54,126 nt of DNA from an uncultured Elusimicrobiales bacterium (GCA_964577205.1 CAZNYG010000003.1:1-54126), one strand, 5' to 3'; numbered from the stretch's first letter, positions 10,726 through 20,246 are shown. The notes: generated by a model not told the origin, from the letters alone. Translations and numbers: made by a program.

Positions 10726-11853
10726 TCAGCGCTCTATCCCCGTCAGCACCGCTTCTATCGCTCCCACTGCTATCTTGGAACGCATCAACACGGGGATCTT
10801 GCGGTCGTCCGCGGTCATCCATACCTGGAGTTTGCCTTTGGCCTGGAATATGCCTGCTCCTTCCCGGATAGCGGGTTCGACTATGATCGTCTCGAACTCG
10901 CCCGCCGGAACCCTGATCTTTTCCCGTCCCACGACACGGACCAGCAGCGGCCAGGACTTATCGCCGGAGTGCGCGTCTATCATGTGTTCGCTGCCCTGGG
11001 CCAGGTCCTTGTTGCGCAGGTAATAGAGCGAGGACAGGACGTCCTGCACCCAATGAGGGATCGGCCCGGATTTGCCGTTCTCTTCTATCCGGAATTCCCT
11101 TTTCTCGTGATCGAATATGAGCGTCTCTTCCCGTTTCGAGTTGCTTTCCGATATCCTGCTGGCGAATTTAAGCGAGCAGAGGCTTTCCGCGTCGATCCAG
11201 GATTCGTTTGTATCGCGCACGCGGTAAAAGGCGTCGAAGAAGGCCGCCGATCTGGCTTCCGTATAGATGTGGTAGGCTTTTCTGCCGTTCACCTCATCGA
11301 AACCCTGTATCTCCATGACCGCCGACCCGACCTTTACGAACTGCCAGCGAACGCTGAAAGAAAGTTTTTCCCTTTCGCCGAACGCGGTGCACTTCTCCTG
11401 ACGCCACGTAAAAGGGACGACCTCGGGTACCGCCGTCTGTTCCGCGGGATTGATCAACGGATTTTCCGCGGCAGGAGCAGGTTCGGGGAGCGCGAGCGGG
11501 ACCGGCGCGGGGATAGACGCGGCAACAACGGTCGTTGTTCCCGCGAAGGCAACCAGAGTATCCCGCCGGCCGGCCTCATCATCCTTCTCCGCGTGAGCGG
11601 GCGCAGAGGGGATCCTCAACCGCTGCCCGCATATGATCCTGTGGGGATCGCCGATACCGTTCGCAGAGGCGATGATACCGTACTTTTTCCCGTCGCCGTA
11701 ATAATGCCGGGCCAACCCCGCAAGGGTATCACCCCACCGCACGTCGTGGACGATTTCCTGAGCGGCCTGTCCACCCTCCGCCTGAACGGAAGCCCGTCCA
11801 GTAAAGCCGGAGACCGCCAGTACGACCGCCAAAAAAACACTTCTATGCATCAT
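10726..11853 (-). CDS. Secreted LysM-domain / DUF3108-like protein
   Basis: 375 aa with a signal peptide. LysM block VRWGDTLAGLARHYYGDGKKYGIIASANGIGDPHRIICGQRLRIP, then a Pro/Ala linker, then a C-terminal region resembling DUF3108 (FSVRW.FVKVG.A..E.....G...YHI......A.FFD.FY.VRD). Confidence 0.6.
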   Translation of the reverse strand: MMHRSVFLAVVLAVSGFTGRASVQAEGGQAAQEIVHDVRWGDTLAGLARHYYGDGKKYGIIASANGIGDPHRIICGQRLRIPSAPAHAEKDDEAGRRDTLVAFAGTTTVVAASIPAPVPLALPEPAPAAENPLINPAEQTAVPEVVPFTWRQEKCTAFGEREKLSFSVRWQFVKVGSAVMEIQGFDEVNGRKAYHIYTEARSAAFFDAFYRVRDTNESWIDAESLCSLKFASRISESNSKREETLIFDHEKREFRIEENGKSGPIPHWVQDVLSSLYYLRNKDLAQGSEHMIDAHSGDKSWPLLVRVVGREKIRVPAGEFETIIVEPAIREGAGIFQAKGKLQVWMTADDRKIPVLMRSKIAVGAIEAVLTGIER

Positions 11854-12431
11854 GCGGCATTACCTCTCTGTTTTACGATCCACCTGGCGGCGGCAAGGAG
11901 CGTCGGGAATACCTTGTCCGGCCAGGGGACATCCGTGCGCGAGGCCAGCTTCGCGTACTCTTTCCTTCCGTGGCCGGTAAGGACAAAAACACCCTTCCCC
12001 CCCATCTTTTTACCGAGAAGATAATCTCCCGGATGATCGCCTATCGTGAACGAGCGGCTCAAGTCGACGGACAGCTCCCGCTCGGCCCGTTTGACCATGC
12101 CCAGGTTCGGCTTCCTGCACCCGCATCCCGCTTCCGGACTGTGAGGGCAGTAATATATGGCGTCCAGCGTTATGCCGGACGATTTCAACATTTTCCTGAG
12201 ATGCCGGTGGACGCGGCCAAGGTCCTTTTCGGTGAAATATCCGCGGCCAATCCCCGACTGGTTGGTGACCATAACAACGCGGAACCCGCTCGCGTTCAGA
12301 AGCTTCAATGCAGGCACCGCCCCGGCGTAAAGGCGGACGTCTTCCGGACGGCTCAGGTAGTTCTTTTCGTGTATCAGCGTGCCGTCGCGGTCGATGAAGA
12401 CCGCTGCATTTTCCTTACGGCGTATTCCCAC
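11850..12431 (-). CDS. gmhB: D-glycero-D-manno-heptose 1,7-bisphosphate phosphatase
   Basis: 193 aa. HAD motif FIDRDGTLI, VTNQSGIGRGYF, and the Zn-binding loop CPHSPEAGCGCRKP typical of GmhB. Confidence 0.85.
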   Translation of the reverse strand: MGIRRKENAAVFIDRDGTLIHEKNYLSRPEDVRLYAGAVPALKLLNASGFRVVMVTNQSGIGRGYFTEKDLGRVHRHLRKMLKSSGITLDAIYYCPHSPEAGCGCRKPNLGMVKRAERELSVDLSRSFTIGDHPGDYLLGKKMGGKGVFVLTGHGRKEYAKLASRTDVPWPDKVFPTLLAAARWIVKQRGNAA

Positions 12432-13465
12432 GGGGATCCTCCGTTCATGATCTGTATTTCCGTATCCAGTACGAACAGGCGCGCGGCATCCTTTTTGTCG
12501 ATATTCGCGATCAGGTCTTTAAGCCGGACGGCGTCTTTGGCGGTAGTTATCACGGGGCAGGGGTACGGAAATCGCTTCATGACGGAAACTATGTCTTTTT
12601 TATTATACCAGTAATGGTCCCTGAACGCAACATATCCCGCGGGTTCGATCCCGCTGGCCAGCATTGTCCGCCGGAACCCCCTGTCGTCGCCAAGCCCGCT
12701 GAACGCGGCGGCTTCCTTCCCGTTCAGATAGTCCGGAGGAAAGGCCTTTGCGAACGCTGGAAGACGGAATCCTTTGACCGCGCATACCGACCTGACCACG
12801 GGCGTTCCCGGAGCGAATTTCCTTATCTCATCTTCCAGAAGCACCAGCTCATCGCCCGTTCCCGCGTCCGCGTTGGTGATGATGATCATATCGGCCCGCG
12901 AAAGAGCCTTGAGCGGTTCACGGAGTTTTCCCGCCGGTATCAAATGCCCGTTCCCGAAAGGGTCGATCGCGTTGACGCACACGACGTTCAGGTCGCGCTC
13001 GAGTTTCCAGTGCTGGAAACCGTCGTCCAGGATGAACAGGTCGGGATCGAACCGTTCCATGGCAGCCATGCCGGCCGCATAGCGGTCGCCGCAGACGACC
13101 ACGGCGCATCCCGGCACGCTTTCCGCCATCAGCGCCGGTTCGTCGCCCGCTTCCCTTACCGGCGCAAGGAGCGAAGTCCCGTCGCTGACGGCAAGGGGAT
13201 GGCGCGACCCGTTCTTTCCGCGGTATCCACGGGACAGAATCACCGTTTTCAGGCCGCTCTTTATCGCGGCGTTCGCCAGGGCTATCGTCACGGGCGTCTT
13301 CCCGGTCCCGCCCCACGTTATGTTCCCTACGCTTATGACTGGGCGTGGCAGCCTCAGTCGGCGCGAGGAGCGCCGGTGTATGCCGGAGACAGCGGAGTAC
13401 ACCAGAGAAAAAGGCAGGAGCAGCGGGCAGGCCGCCGCTGACAGGATACCGCGGTTACTTCGCAC
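12374..13465 (-). CDS. lpxK: Tetraacyldisaccharide 4'-kinase
   Basis: 363 aa. P-loop context VISVGNITWGGTGKTP, plus ILSRGY and LDDGFQH motifs. The 3' end overlaps gmhB by 58 nt. Confidence 0.85.
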   Translation of the reverse strand: MRSNRGILSAAACPLLLPFSLVYSAVSGIHRRSSRRLRLPRPVISVGNITWGGTGKTPVTIALANAAIKSGLKTVILSRGYRGKNGSRHPLAVSDGTSLLAPVREAGDEPALMAESVPGCAVVVCGDRYAAGMAAMERFDPDLFILDDGFQHWKLERDLNVVCVNAIDPFGNGHLIPAGKLREPLKALSRADMIIITNADAGTGDELVLLEDEIRKFAPGTPVVRSVCAVKGFRLPAFAKAFPPDYLNGKEAAAFSGLGDDRGFRRTMLASGIEPAGYVAFRDHYWYNKKDIVSVMKRFPYPCPVITTAKDAVRLKDLIANIDKKDAARLFVLDTEIQIMNGGSPWEYAVRKMQRSSSTATAR

Positions 13466-14210
13466 TGATCTCTTTCTCCCATAGCTTGATATATTTCAGG
13501 AGCGTGTAATACCCGTAGAGAGACGAAAGGATAAGGCCAGTTTTCCCGTCAAGGAATCCCTTTTTAGCCACATACATTCGGAAGAACATGGCCGCCGGAT
13601 TGACGAGGATATTCATGGCCGAGAACTGTTTGCCGTCCTTGTACATCTCCTCCGCGCGCAGGTTCGAGTAACGGTCCATCTTCCTGAGGAACTGGTCGAG
13701 GGACAGGAACGGGAACTGGAGCACGTGTTCATGCAGACGGGAGAGCCTGCCGTCGAGCTCGTAACCTTCATGGACGAGCTGCTCTTTGTATCGCATCTTC
13801 CTCTTATTGAAAAATTGCGGCTGACGGTAGTCCGGATACCAGCCGCAATGACGGATCCAGCGCCCGAGAAAATGGCTTTTGCGCGGCACGAGATACGCAT
13901 CTGCGCCGGGGCCTTTGGCCATCAGTCCCGCGACTTCCTTCCGCAGTTCATCAGTGACCCGCTCGTCGGCGTCGACGCTCAGGATCCAGTCGTTCGAACA
14001 GTTGTCCAGCGCGATGTTGCGCAGCCTGCCGAACCCGACGAACTCCTTCTGCACGATCTTGTCGGTGTATTGGCGGCATATCTCCACCGTCCCGTCAGTG
14101 CTGAAGGAATCCATCACGACTATCTCGTCGGCCCATTTCACGCTCTCAAGGCAGTCTTTAATCTTGTCCTTCTCGTTGAACGTCATGACGAACACAGAAA
14201 GCTTATTCAT
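13455..14210 (-). CDS. Glycosyltransferase family 2 (LPS core type)
   Basis: I place the start at MNKLSVFVMTFNEKDKI (SD GGAGAC 5 nt upstream) rather than at the ORF-track start 14321, which would run through repeat C. GT-A motifs are present, including VMDSFSTDGT and a DADE (DxD-like) motif. Confidence 0.75.
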   Translation of the reverse strand: MNKLSVFVMTFNEKDKIKDCLESVKWADEIVVMDSFSTDGTVEICRQYTDKIVQKEFVGFGRLRNIALDNCSNDWILSVDADERVTDELRKEVAGLMAKGPGADAYLVPRKSHFLGRWIRHCGWYPDYRQPQFFNKRKMRYKEQLVHEGYELDGRLSRLHEHVLQFPFLSLDQFLRKMDRYSNLRAEEMYKDGKQFSAMNILVNPAAMFFRMYVAKKGFLDGKTGLILSSLYGYYTLLKYIKLWEKEISAK

Positions 14211-14229
14211 ACCATGTCTCCGTAATATT

Positions 14230-14333
14230 AAAGGCGTTCTTGTGTTCTTGTGTTCTCGGATTCCCATGTTCAGCATCGGATGAAAATGGCTTTGTTCCAG
14301 GGCACAAGAACGCACGAACACGAGAACGCCTTT
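14230..14333. repeat. Intergenic hairpin element (C): 30-bp arms made of GTTC-N4 octamer units
   Basis: Left arm AAAGGCGTTCTTGTGTTCTTGTGTTCTCGG. Right arm CACAAGAACGCACGAACACGAGAACGCCTTT. 25 of 30 positions are complementary by hand count, with a ~43-nt loop. It shares its AAAGGCGTTC / GAACGCCTTT termini with 23243-23414. Confidence 0.6.
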
Positions 14334-14336
14334 CTT

Positions 14337-15387
14337 TTATTCGTACATTTCCTCATAGACACCTATGACGCCTTTCACCATCCGGTCCATTCCGAAACGT
14401 TCGCGGGCGTACGCGAGAGCCGCGGCTCCCATGCTCACGCGGCGGGCTTCGTCGTCCAGCAGCGTAACCAGCACCTGGGCGAGGAACTCCGAATCGCGAG
14501 GAGGTATCATTATCCCGGTGACGCCGTCCATGAACGTTTCAGGGATGCCGCCGACCGTGGTCCCGATTACAGGTTTGCCCATTCCCTGGGCTTCCACCAT
14601 TACCTGGCCGAACCCTTCGGTATCCCAGGACAGGAAACAGAAGATATCCATCGCCGCGATATACTCTTCCACATTTTCCCTGTATCCGGTGAAGGAAACG
14701 ATATCGGCGACCTTCAACTTCCGGGCCAGTTTCTTAAGATCGTCCAGAATAGGGCCGTCGCCCACGATAAGGTAGCGGACATCCGGAAAACGCGTCCGGG
14801 CGATCTGCGCGGCCTCAATCAGGTACTCCTGCCCCTTGCCCCTGGGGCGGTTCATCGCCGCGACCGTGCCGACGACGATACGCGTCCCTTCTCCCAGTTC
14901 CGCGCGGGCCTTTTCACCGGGCACGCCCGGATGGAAACGCTCAAGATCCGTTCCGTTGTATACCGTGCGGAGCTTGGTCAGGGGCACCTTCTCCTTAGCC
15001 GCAAGGCCGTCGGCGACCGCTTTGGAGATGGCGATGACCCTGTCGGCAAAACGGTAATGGCTCCGCGAATAGAAACGGTGAGGCAGCTGCGCATGACGGT
15101 GGAATACGAGCCTGGATGATGTCGATGTTCTCTTTCAGCACGATATTCCTCAGTCCGGCGAGCCCGAACGGAGCGAATGAACCTTTAATGACGAGCGGAT
15201 ATGCCTTCAGCCCGTATTCCAGGGCTTTTTTGAACATGTAACTGTCGCCCGGGCAGGCGACGATGTTCCTGACACCCTTTTTTTCCAGCCCGGCGGCCAG
15301 CGAAAGCATGAGCTTTTCGGCCCCGCCCGCGGTCCACGAAGAGTAGACATGAAGCACCGATCTGCTAAAACTTGTTTCCGTCACCAT
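14337..15387 (-). pseudogene. Glycosyltransferase family 4 (GT-B) gene interrupted by a single frameshift near 15100-15112
   Basis: ORF 14995-15387 carries a GT4 N-terminus (VLHVYSSWTAGGAEKLMLSLAAGL...IDIIQAR) and then reads nonsense. The frame of ORF 14337-14987 read upstream gives VFHRHAQLPHRFYSRSHYRFADRVIAISKAVADGL..., continuing into a GT4 C-terminus (E.FGQVMVEAQGMGKPVI). The two halves sum to a normal GT4 length. Confidence 0.6.
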
Positions 15388-16097
15388 TTCATCGCCTTCT
15401 TCGCGAGGCCGGCATACTCTCCGGAGGACGCGCGAAAGAACGTTTCCACCATGGAGAGCCCATGTCCCTTAACCTCCGCCCAGTACCCGGCCAGTGAACC
15501 GCTCATGCGGATATAGTCCCTTGTCGCCAGCTGGGATTTATAACATGAAATGATCCTTTTCTTCTGTTCCCACTGGGAAGCTATATCAACGATGACCGTC
15601 GGATAGACCGGGAACCAGACGGGATAAGCGTAGATCATGCACGAATGGCCCGCGGTCTCCAGCGCCAGGATCGCGGCGCGGTTGGCCGCGCGATGGTCGG
15701 TATGGTTGTCCAGAAAGAAGGGCAAAAACAGCGTGTCCGGTTTATTATTCCCGATTATCTCCGCCAGCCGTTCAGGGAATCCTTTCCATTCATCGAGTTT
15801 TTCCACGGCATGATCAAGATAGACGGCCGAAGCCCCCATCATAGATACGGCTTCACGCGATTCGGTCCTGCGTTCTTCCGAATCCATCGTGCAGAAAACA
15901 ACGGCCGCGCTGCCTCCCGACTGGATATGCCTCGAGATCGTCCCCCCGCATCCGATACTTTCATCGTCAGGATGAGGGGCGATGACCAGCGTTTCTTTGC
16001 CGGGCAGCGCGTCTTCCCTGACAAGAGAGTATTTGAGGAACGGCTGGATATTCTCGTAAAACCTGTAGAGGGTGCTGTACCTTATGAATTTTACCAT
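15381..16097 (-). CDS. PIG-L/LmbE family N-acetylglucosaminyl deacetylase
   Basis: 238 aa. Signature LVIAPHPDDESIGCGGTI plus a later HTDH motif. Confidence 0.8.
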   Translation of the reverse strand: MVKFIRYSTLYRFYENIQPFLKYSLVREDALPGKETLVIAPHPDDESIGCGGTISRHIQSGGSAAVVFCTMDSEERRTESREAVSMMGASAVYLDHAVEKLDEWKGFPERLAEIIGNNKPDTLFLPFFLDNHTDHRAANRAAILALETAGHSCMIYAYPVWFPVYPTVIVDIASQWEQKKRIISCYKSQLATRDYIRMSGSLAGYWAEVKGHGLSMVETFFRASSGEYAGLAKKAMKW

Positions 16098-16110
16098 GGC
16101 TCATAAAAAT

Positions 16111-16137
16111 CAATTTGCAAATATAAAATGCAAATTG
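16111..16137. promoter_or_regulatory. AT-rich palindrome (possible operator) upstream of the PIG-L gene
   Basis: CAATTTGCA-aatataaaa-TGCAAATTG. Perfect 9-bp inverted repeat, 14 nt upstream of the ATG at 16097. Confidence 0.3.
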
Positions 16138-16175
16138 AACGTTAACACCTTTCGACGGCACTTTTTTCAGTCGCC

Positions 16176-17054
16176 TTATTCTGCAGCTTTATCTTTTTTT
16201 TTAAAATTACGGTGGTCTCCGAAGGGCAGCCGGCGCACCATGTCCCTCAGCATGTCCCTGACGTTCCGGGAACGGAGGTACGCGGCCCGGCATTCTTCGA
16301 TGAAGGCCGTGCCGTCGCGGGTGACGCGCTCTTTCATCACTTCTGGATGGCATCCTTCGTAGCGAATGACATTGCCGAGGTCCGCAAAGAACTCGCCGGC
16401 CTTTTTATCCGCGCAGTTCTTCCGTATCCATTCGTCGTCATGCCAGAACCGGTGGAACGAGGTCACTTTTTCGCGCATGACTTCCGGCGGGCGGGCCCAG
16501 CCGTAGTGAAAAACGCGGGCTCCAGACGCCGCCGCGAGGATCTTGTTCCCGTTCTTCCGGAACCCCTGCGCGTCGCCGTGAGAAACGATGCCCCTTCCGT
16601 TCCTTATGACCCTGACTTCCTGCCGGTACCAGTTGCGCCCCGGCTGTATGGTGAAATAGCTTCCGTAAAAATGGATGTAATTAAAATACAGGCCGTCGAT
16701 CGAAGGATCCTTTTCCGCCCGTCCTATCGCGTCCCGCACCGCCTGATGATCCTTTTCGCTGAAAACCTCGTCCGCCTGCAGATAAATTATCCATTCGCCG
16801 CGGCATTCCCGCATGGCCCGGTTCGTCTCCCGGGAAAGCACCGTGCCGCCGGTCCGGTTCGACATGTCCCATATCGTGTCGATGACGCGTGTCTTCGGTT
16901 CGTTGAGCGAGACGATCCTCTCGCGGGTATCGTCTTCCGAGTCGCCGATGCCGCACACCACTTCGTCGCACAGCGGGAGGAGCGACCGCAGCGATTCCAC
17001 GTAGGGATATCCCAGTTTAGTCCCGTTCCTGATGATGAACGCGCCGCTTATCAT
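16176..17054 (-). CDS. GT-A fold (family 2-like) glycosyltransferase
   Basis: 292 aa. N-terminal FIIRNG...PYVESLRSLLPLCDEVV..IGDSEDDT and an acidic QADE motif, as in stand-alone GT2-like LPS enzymes. Embedded among core-OS genes. Confidence 0.5.
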   Translation of the reverse strand: MISGAFIIRNGTKLGYPYVESLRSLLPLCDEVVCGIGDSEDDTRERIVSLNEPKTRVIDTIWDMSNRTGGTVLSRETNRAMRECRGEWIIYLQADEVFSEKDHQAVRDAIGRAEKDPSIDGLYFNYIHFYGSYFTIQPGRNWYRQEVRVIRNGRGIVSHGDAQGFRKNGNKILAAASGARVFHYGWARPPEVMREKVTSFHRFWHDDEWIRKNCADKKAGEFFADLGNVIRYEGCHPEVMKERVTRDGTAFIEECRAAYLRSRNVRDMLRDMVRRLPFGDHRNFKKKDKAAE

Positions 17055-18328
17055 TCCGGCAGATCCTTTCTCTGATGACGGAGCGCGGCGGAGGCCATCC
17101 CGGCAAGCCAGAAGACTTCCATGGCGACACCCGGGCCGCGCATCAGTGTGTCGAAACAGTCCCCGGCAAGAATGCCTGTTACGCTGAAGAAGACCGCTGT
17201 CCCCAATGATTGTACAAAATTATCGCCTGAAGACAAAAGACGTGCGCCATCCCTGAGTATCAGACCGGCGATCGCCAAGAACAGGAGAAGGCCGGCGAGC
17301 CCAAAATCCGCTCCGAGATGCAGGTACAGCGAATGGAGATGATGATGGCGCTGCACACCGCGCATCTCAGGAGGCAGCAGCGCGTAATACTCTGTTTGAA
17401 GAGCCGCCTGCCCGGGACCGAAACCGAAGGCCGGCCGGGCGCCGATCTCCGCGAGTGCAACGCGGTACATGGCGAACCGTTCAGTGATATTGCCGTCTTT
17501 CGAGTTCGTCCTGTGGACCCTGCCCCGTATACCCGGAACGGCCAGGTACAGCGCCCCGGCGACAATAACAGCGGTGAAGACGGCGGCGACCATGACCTTC
17601 CACCGCCGGGTACGGGCCAGCCAGTGTATGCCGAACAGGGAGTAAGAGAACAAAGCGGCGATATAGTAGCCGCGCGAACCGGTCAGAAGAAGGGATATAA
17701 GAAAGAAAACATTGGCGGCACAGAATACCGCACGGGCACGCAGGCTCTTGTCATGGCGGAGCGCCTGGCTAAGGGACATGAACGAAGCTGTCAGGCACAG
17801 CGCCCCCATCGCTATATGATGGCGGCCTCCCTTCAGAAGACCTTCATCGGCAAGGACGAAATGCGGCGCGGGACTCTTAAAGAACAGGCCGAAGTAGGCC
17901 AGTACCGAGAGGAACGCGAGGACGGCGAACGCCAGGTAATAGACGCTTGCCGATCTTTTGATCTGCCCCGCGTCCGCCAGCGACCAGCCAAGCACGAAAG
18001 GCGCGAGCCAGTGCATCAGATATCCGGCCATGACCTGATATCCCGTGGCGGCATGGGAGGTGAATATGTTCCGCGTCAGCCCGTAAGCGATGAAGACGGC
18101 TAACATGAGAAAGATCGCGTTTCTCCGCAATTCCTTCCAGTGGCTCATACCGGCAACAAGGCCCAGTCCCGCCGCGGCATACCCGGCGATATGAGAGAAC
18201 GGCATCGACAGGCCGAACAGTTCGTTAAGTAATAAAGGAAATGCCGTTGCGTTCAAGATTATAAGCCTGTTTTTCACTTTACATTTTTCATTTTCTTTGC
18301 TTATTCGATCCTTCTGACCGCTTCCCAC
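17051..18328 (-). CDS. O-antigen ligase-like (Wzy_C/WaaL family) membrane protein
   Basis: 425 aa, about 10 TM segments. LTGSRGYY block and a periplasmic-loop His cluster, QRHHHLHSLYLHLGADFGLAGL. Confidence 0.65.
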   Translation of the reverse strand: MGSGQKDRISKENEKCKVKNRLIILNATAFPLLLNELFGLSMPFSHIAGYAAAGLGLVAGMSHWKELRRNAIFLMLAVFIAYGLTRNIFTSHAATGYQVMAGYLMHWLAPFVLGWSLADAGQIKRSASVYYLAFAVLAFLSVLAYFGLFFKSPAPHFVLADEGLLKGGRHHIAMGALCLTASFMSLSQALRHDKSLRARAVFCAANVFFLISLLLTGSRGYYIAALFSYSLFGIHWLARTRRWKVMVAAVFTAVIVAGALYLAVPGIRGRVHRTNSKDGNITERFAMYRVALAEIGARPAFGFGPGQAALQTEYYALLPPEMRGVQRHHHLHSLYLHLGADFGLAGLLLFLAIAGLILRDGARLLSSGDNFVQSLGTAVFFSVTGILAGDCFDTLMRGPGVAMEVFWLAGMASAALRHQRKDLPE

Positions 18329-19227
18329 ACATCGTCAACCTGTATATCGTCCATCCGCTGCCGCTTGATGATCTGATGACGTTCCAACGGCTGCGGGCCT
18401 ATCTGAGAAGGATCGGTAGGGCCGTACAGCGCGATGACCGGTTTCCCCAGAGCCGCCCCGAGATGCATCGCGCCGGAATCTATGCTGATAACCGCGCGTG
18501 AAACGCTCATGAGCGCCGCCAGCCCGACAAGCCCGTCGTCCGGCGGGAATACGGTTTCAGCGACCCGGGAAAGATATCCCCTTTCATGAGGCGCCCCCGT
18601 TGCCACCGCCGAATACCCCGCCTCCGTGATCTTACGGGCCAGGCGCTGCCAGCGTTCCCGTTCCCAGTGTTTTTCCGCGCGCCTGCGGCTTGCCCCGGGA
18701 GCGATGACAAAAACATTCCCGGCCTTCATCCCCCGGACTGACAGCCATCGCAGCGCCCGTTCCCGGTCTTCGGATGCGATCTTCAGGATACCGCAATACG
18801 TTTTCGGAACATGCATGATACCCGCTCCTTCAGCAAGCCTGCGGTTGTTGCTTAATGAGGGAACCCCCGAGCGTGGGACGCGGCGATTGAGCAGCCAGAA
18901 CAACGATGCCGTGGAAAAACCCGCGCGTTCCGGTATGCCTGCGGCCGCGCCCGTCAACAGCATCCCGGGCGATTCCGAAAAGAACAGCGCCCGGTCATAC
19001 TTCTCTTTTCTAATCTGTCCCGCAAGGCGGATCGTTGCCGCTGGGCCGTCAGCGAGCCTTTCCACTACGTCATTTATGAGCCCGGTCGCCTTTATGAGCG
19101 GCGCGATCGAAGGACGCGCCACGCATGACAGCCGCGCTTCGGGCCACGTAGCGCGCGCTCCTGAGAGAACGGGCAGGCTGAACAGAAGGTCCCCCAGCTG
19201 GTTCATGTGAAAAAAAACGATCTTCAT
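18301..19227 (-). CDS. Glycosyltransferase family 9 (LPS heptosyltransferase)
   Basis: 308 aa. MKIVFFHMNQLGDLLFSLPVL N-terminus and C-terminal IDSGAMHLGAALGKPVIALYGPTDP. Confidence 0.8.
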   Translation of the reverse strand: MKIVFFHMNQLGDLLFSLPVLSGARATWPEARLSCVARPSIAPLIKATGLINDVVERLADGPAATIRLAGQIRKEKYDRALFFSESPGMLLTGAAAGIPERAGFSTASLFWLLNRRVPRSGVPSLSNNRRLAEGAGIMHVPKTYCGILKIASEDRERALRWLSVRGMKAGNVFVIAPGASRRRAEKHWERERWQRLARKITEAGYSAVATGAPHERGYLSRVAETVFPPDDGLVGLAALMSVSRAVISIDSGAMHLGAALGKPVIALYGPTDPSQIGPQPLERHQIIKRQRMDDIQVDDVWEAVRRIE

Positions 19228-20213
19228 GATTGAGAGAGGCAGCGTGATACCGCGTAAAACACTTCTTCAGGAGTGATGGCCTTGAGGCACGGCATATCGC
19301 CGCACGGGGTTTTCCCGCGGCAGGGAGAACAGGCATAATCTTTCTTTATGACGGTCGTTCCGGGTGTTACCGGAGCGGTTTCAGTGACATCGGACCCCCC
19401 GAAAAGCACGACCACGGGCACGTTCAGAGCCGCGGCGAGATGCAGCGGTCCCGTGTCCCCTCCGACGACAACGGCACATCGTTTTTGCACCGCCGCGAGC
19501 GTCTCGAGAGAAGTCTTTCCGCTAAGGTCGACAGCGCCGGGGCTTATCAGCCTGCCGGCATCTTCGCGCGTTCCCATGACAACGACCCGTGTGCCCCGGA
19601 ACGTCCGGGCTATGCGGTCGGCGAGCTGCGTGTAGTTTTCAAGTGGCCATTGTTTCCCGCGCCCGCGCGCCGAGGGAATGATGCCTGCCAGACGGTCTCC
19701 GCGCCTCACGCCGTATTCGGCCAGAAGGGCGTCGGCACGCTGTTCCGCTTCTGCCGGTACCGAAAGGTTGAAGACCGCGGACTGCCGGGCATTCGTCAGG
19801 AACCGCACTGTCTCCAGCGACCTGTATACGGCGTTAGACTGCCGGAAATCCGGGGACACCTCATGGATGAACAGCCAGCTCATCTCTTTCATGCCGGGGA
19901 CGCCTGCCTTCTTTTTGGCCCCGGAAAAAGCGGCGAGCAGCGCCGAACGCGCAAGGCCCTGCAGGTCGATTACGATATCAAAGTGTTCTTTCCTTACCGC
20001 CGTCAATACCCGCAAAAAACCTGAGATACCGAGATCCCGATCCCATACGATCACATTGTCCACGTCCGGAAATAGCGTGATCACCTCAGCCCAGCGCTTG
20101 AACACGAGCCAGCTGATCCGGACATCAGGATACGCTTTCTTAAGCGCTGTCAGTACCGGATTAGCCTGAATGATATCGCCGAATGAGCTGGGCTTGATTA
20201 TCAAAATTTTCAT
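19224..20213 (-). CDS. Glycosyltransferase family 9 (LPS heptosyltransferase)
   Basis: 329 aa. MKILIIKPSSFGDIIQANPVL, GGDTGPLHLAAALNVPVVVLFG, and a Cys-rich tail CSPCRGKTPCGDMPC. Confidence 0.85.
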   Translation of the reverse strand: MKILIIKPSSFGDIIQANPVLTALKKAYPDVRISWLVFKRWAEVITLFPDVDNVIVWDRDLGISGFLRVLTAVRKEHFDIVIDLQGLARSALLAAFSGAKKKAGVPGMKEMSWLFIHEVSPDFRQSNAVYRSLETVRFLTNARQSAVFNLSVPAEAEQRADALLAEYGVRRGDRLAGIIPSARGRGKQWPLENYTQLADRIARTFRGTRVVVMGTREDAGRLISPGAVDLSGKTSLETLAAVQKRCAVVVGGDTGPLHLAAALNVPVVVLFGGSDVTETAPVTPGTTVIKKDYACSPCRGKTPCGDMPCLKAITPEEVFYAVSRCLSQS

Positions 20214-20246
20214 AAATCAGATCATGTTGTGTGTTTTGCAATATAC

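Noticed and set aside
12374-12431. 58-nt overlap between the lpxK 3' end and the gmhB 5' end, as a possible frameshift or fusion.
   Set aside because: The gmhB N-terminus (M..R....AVFIDRDGT) is canonical from its first Met. The lpxK homology is already complete before the overlap, so the tail is just a non-conserved extension. No evidence of disruption.
14337-15387. Treating ORFs 14337-14987 and 14995-15387 as two separate genes.
   Set aside because: Neither half is a complete GT4 fold. The second ORF's M is a GTG inside a continuous GT4 alignment that extends upstream in the same frame to a stop at about 15135. A single frameshifted gene explains both halves.
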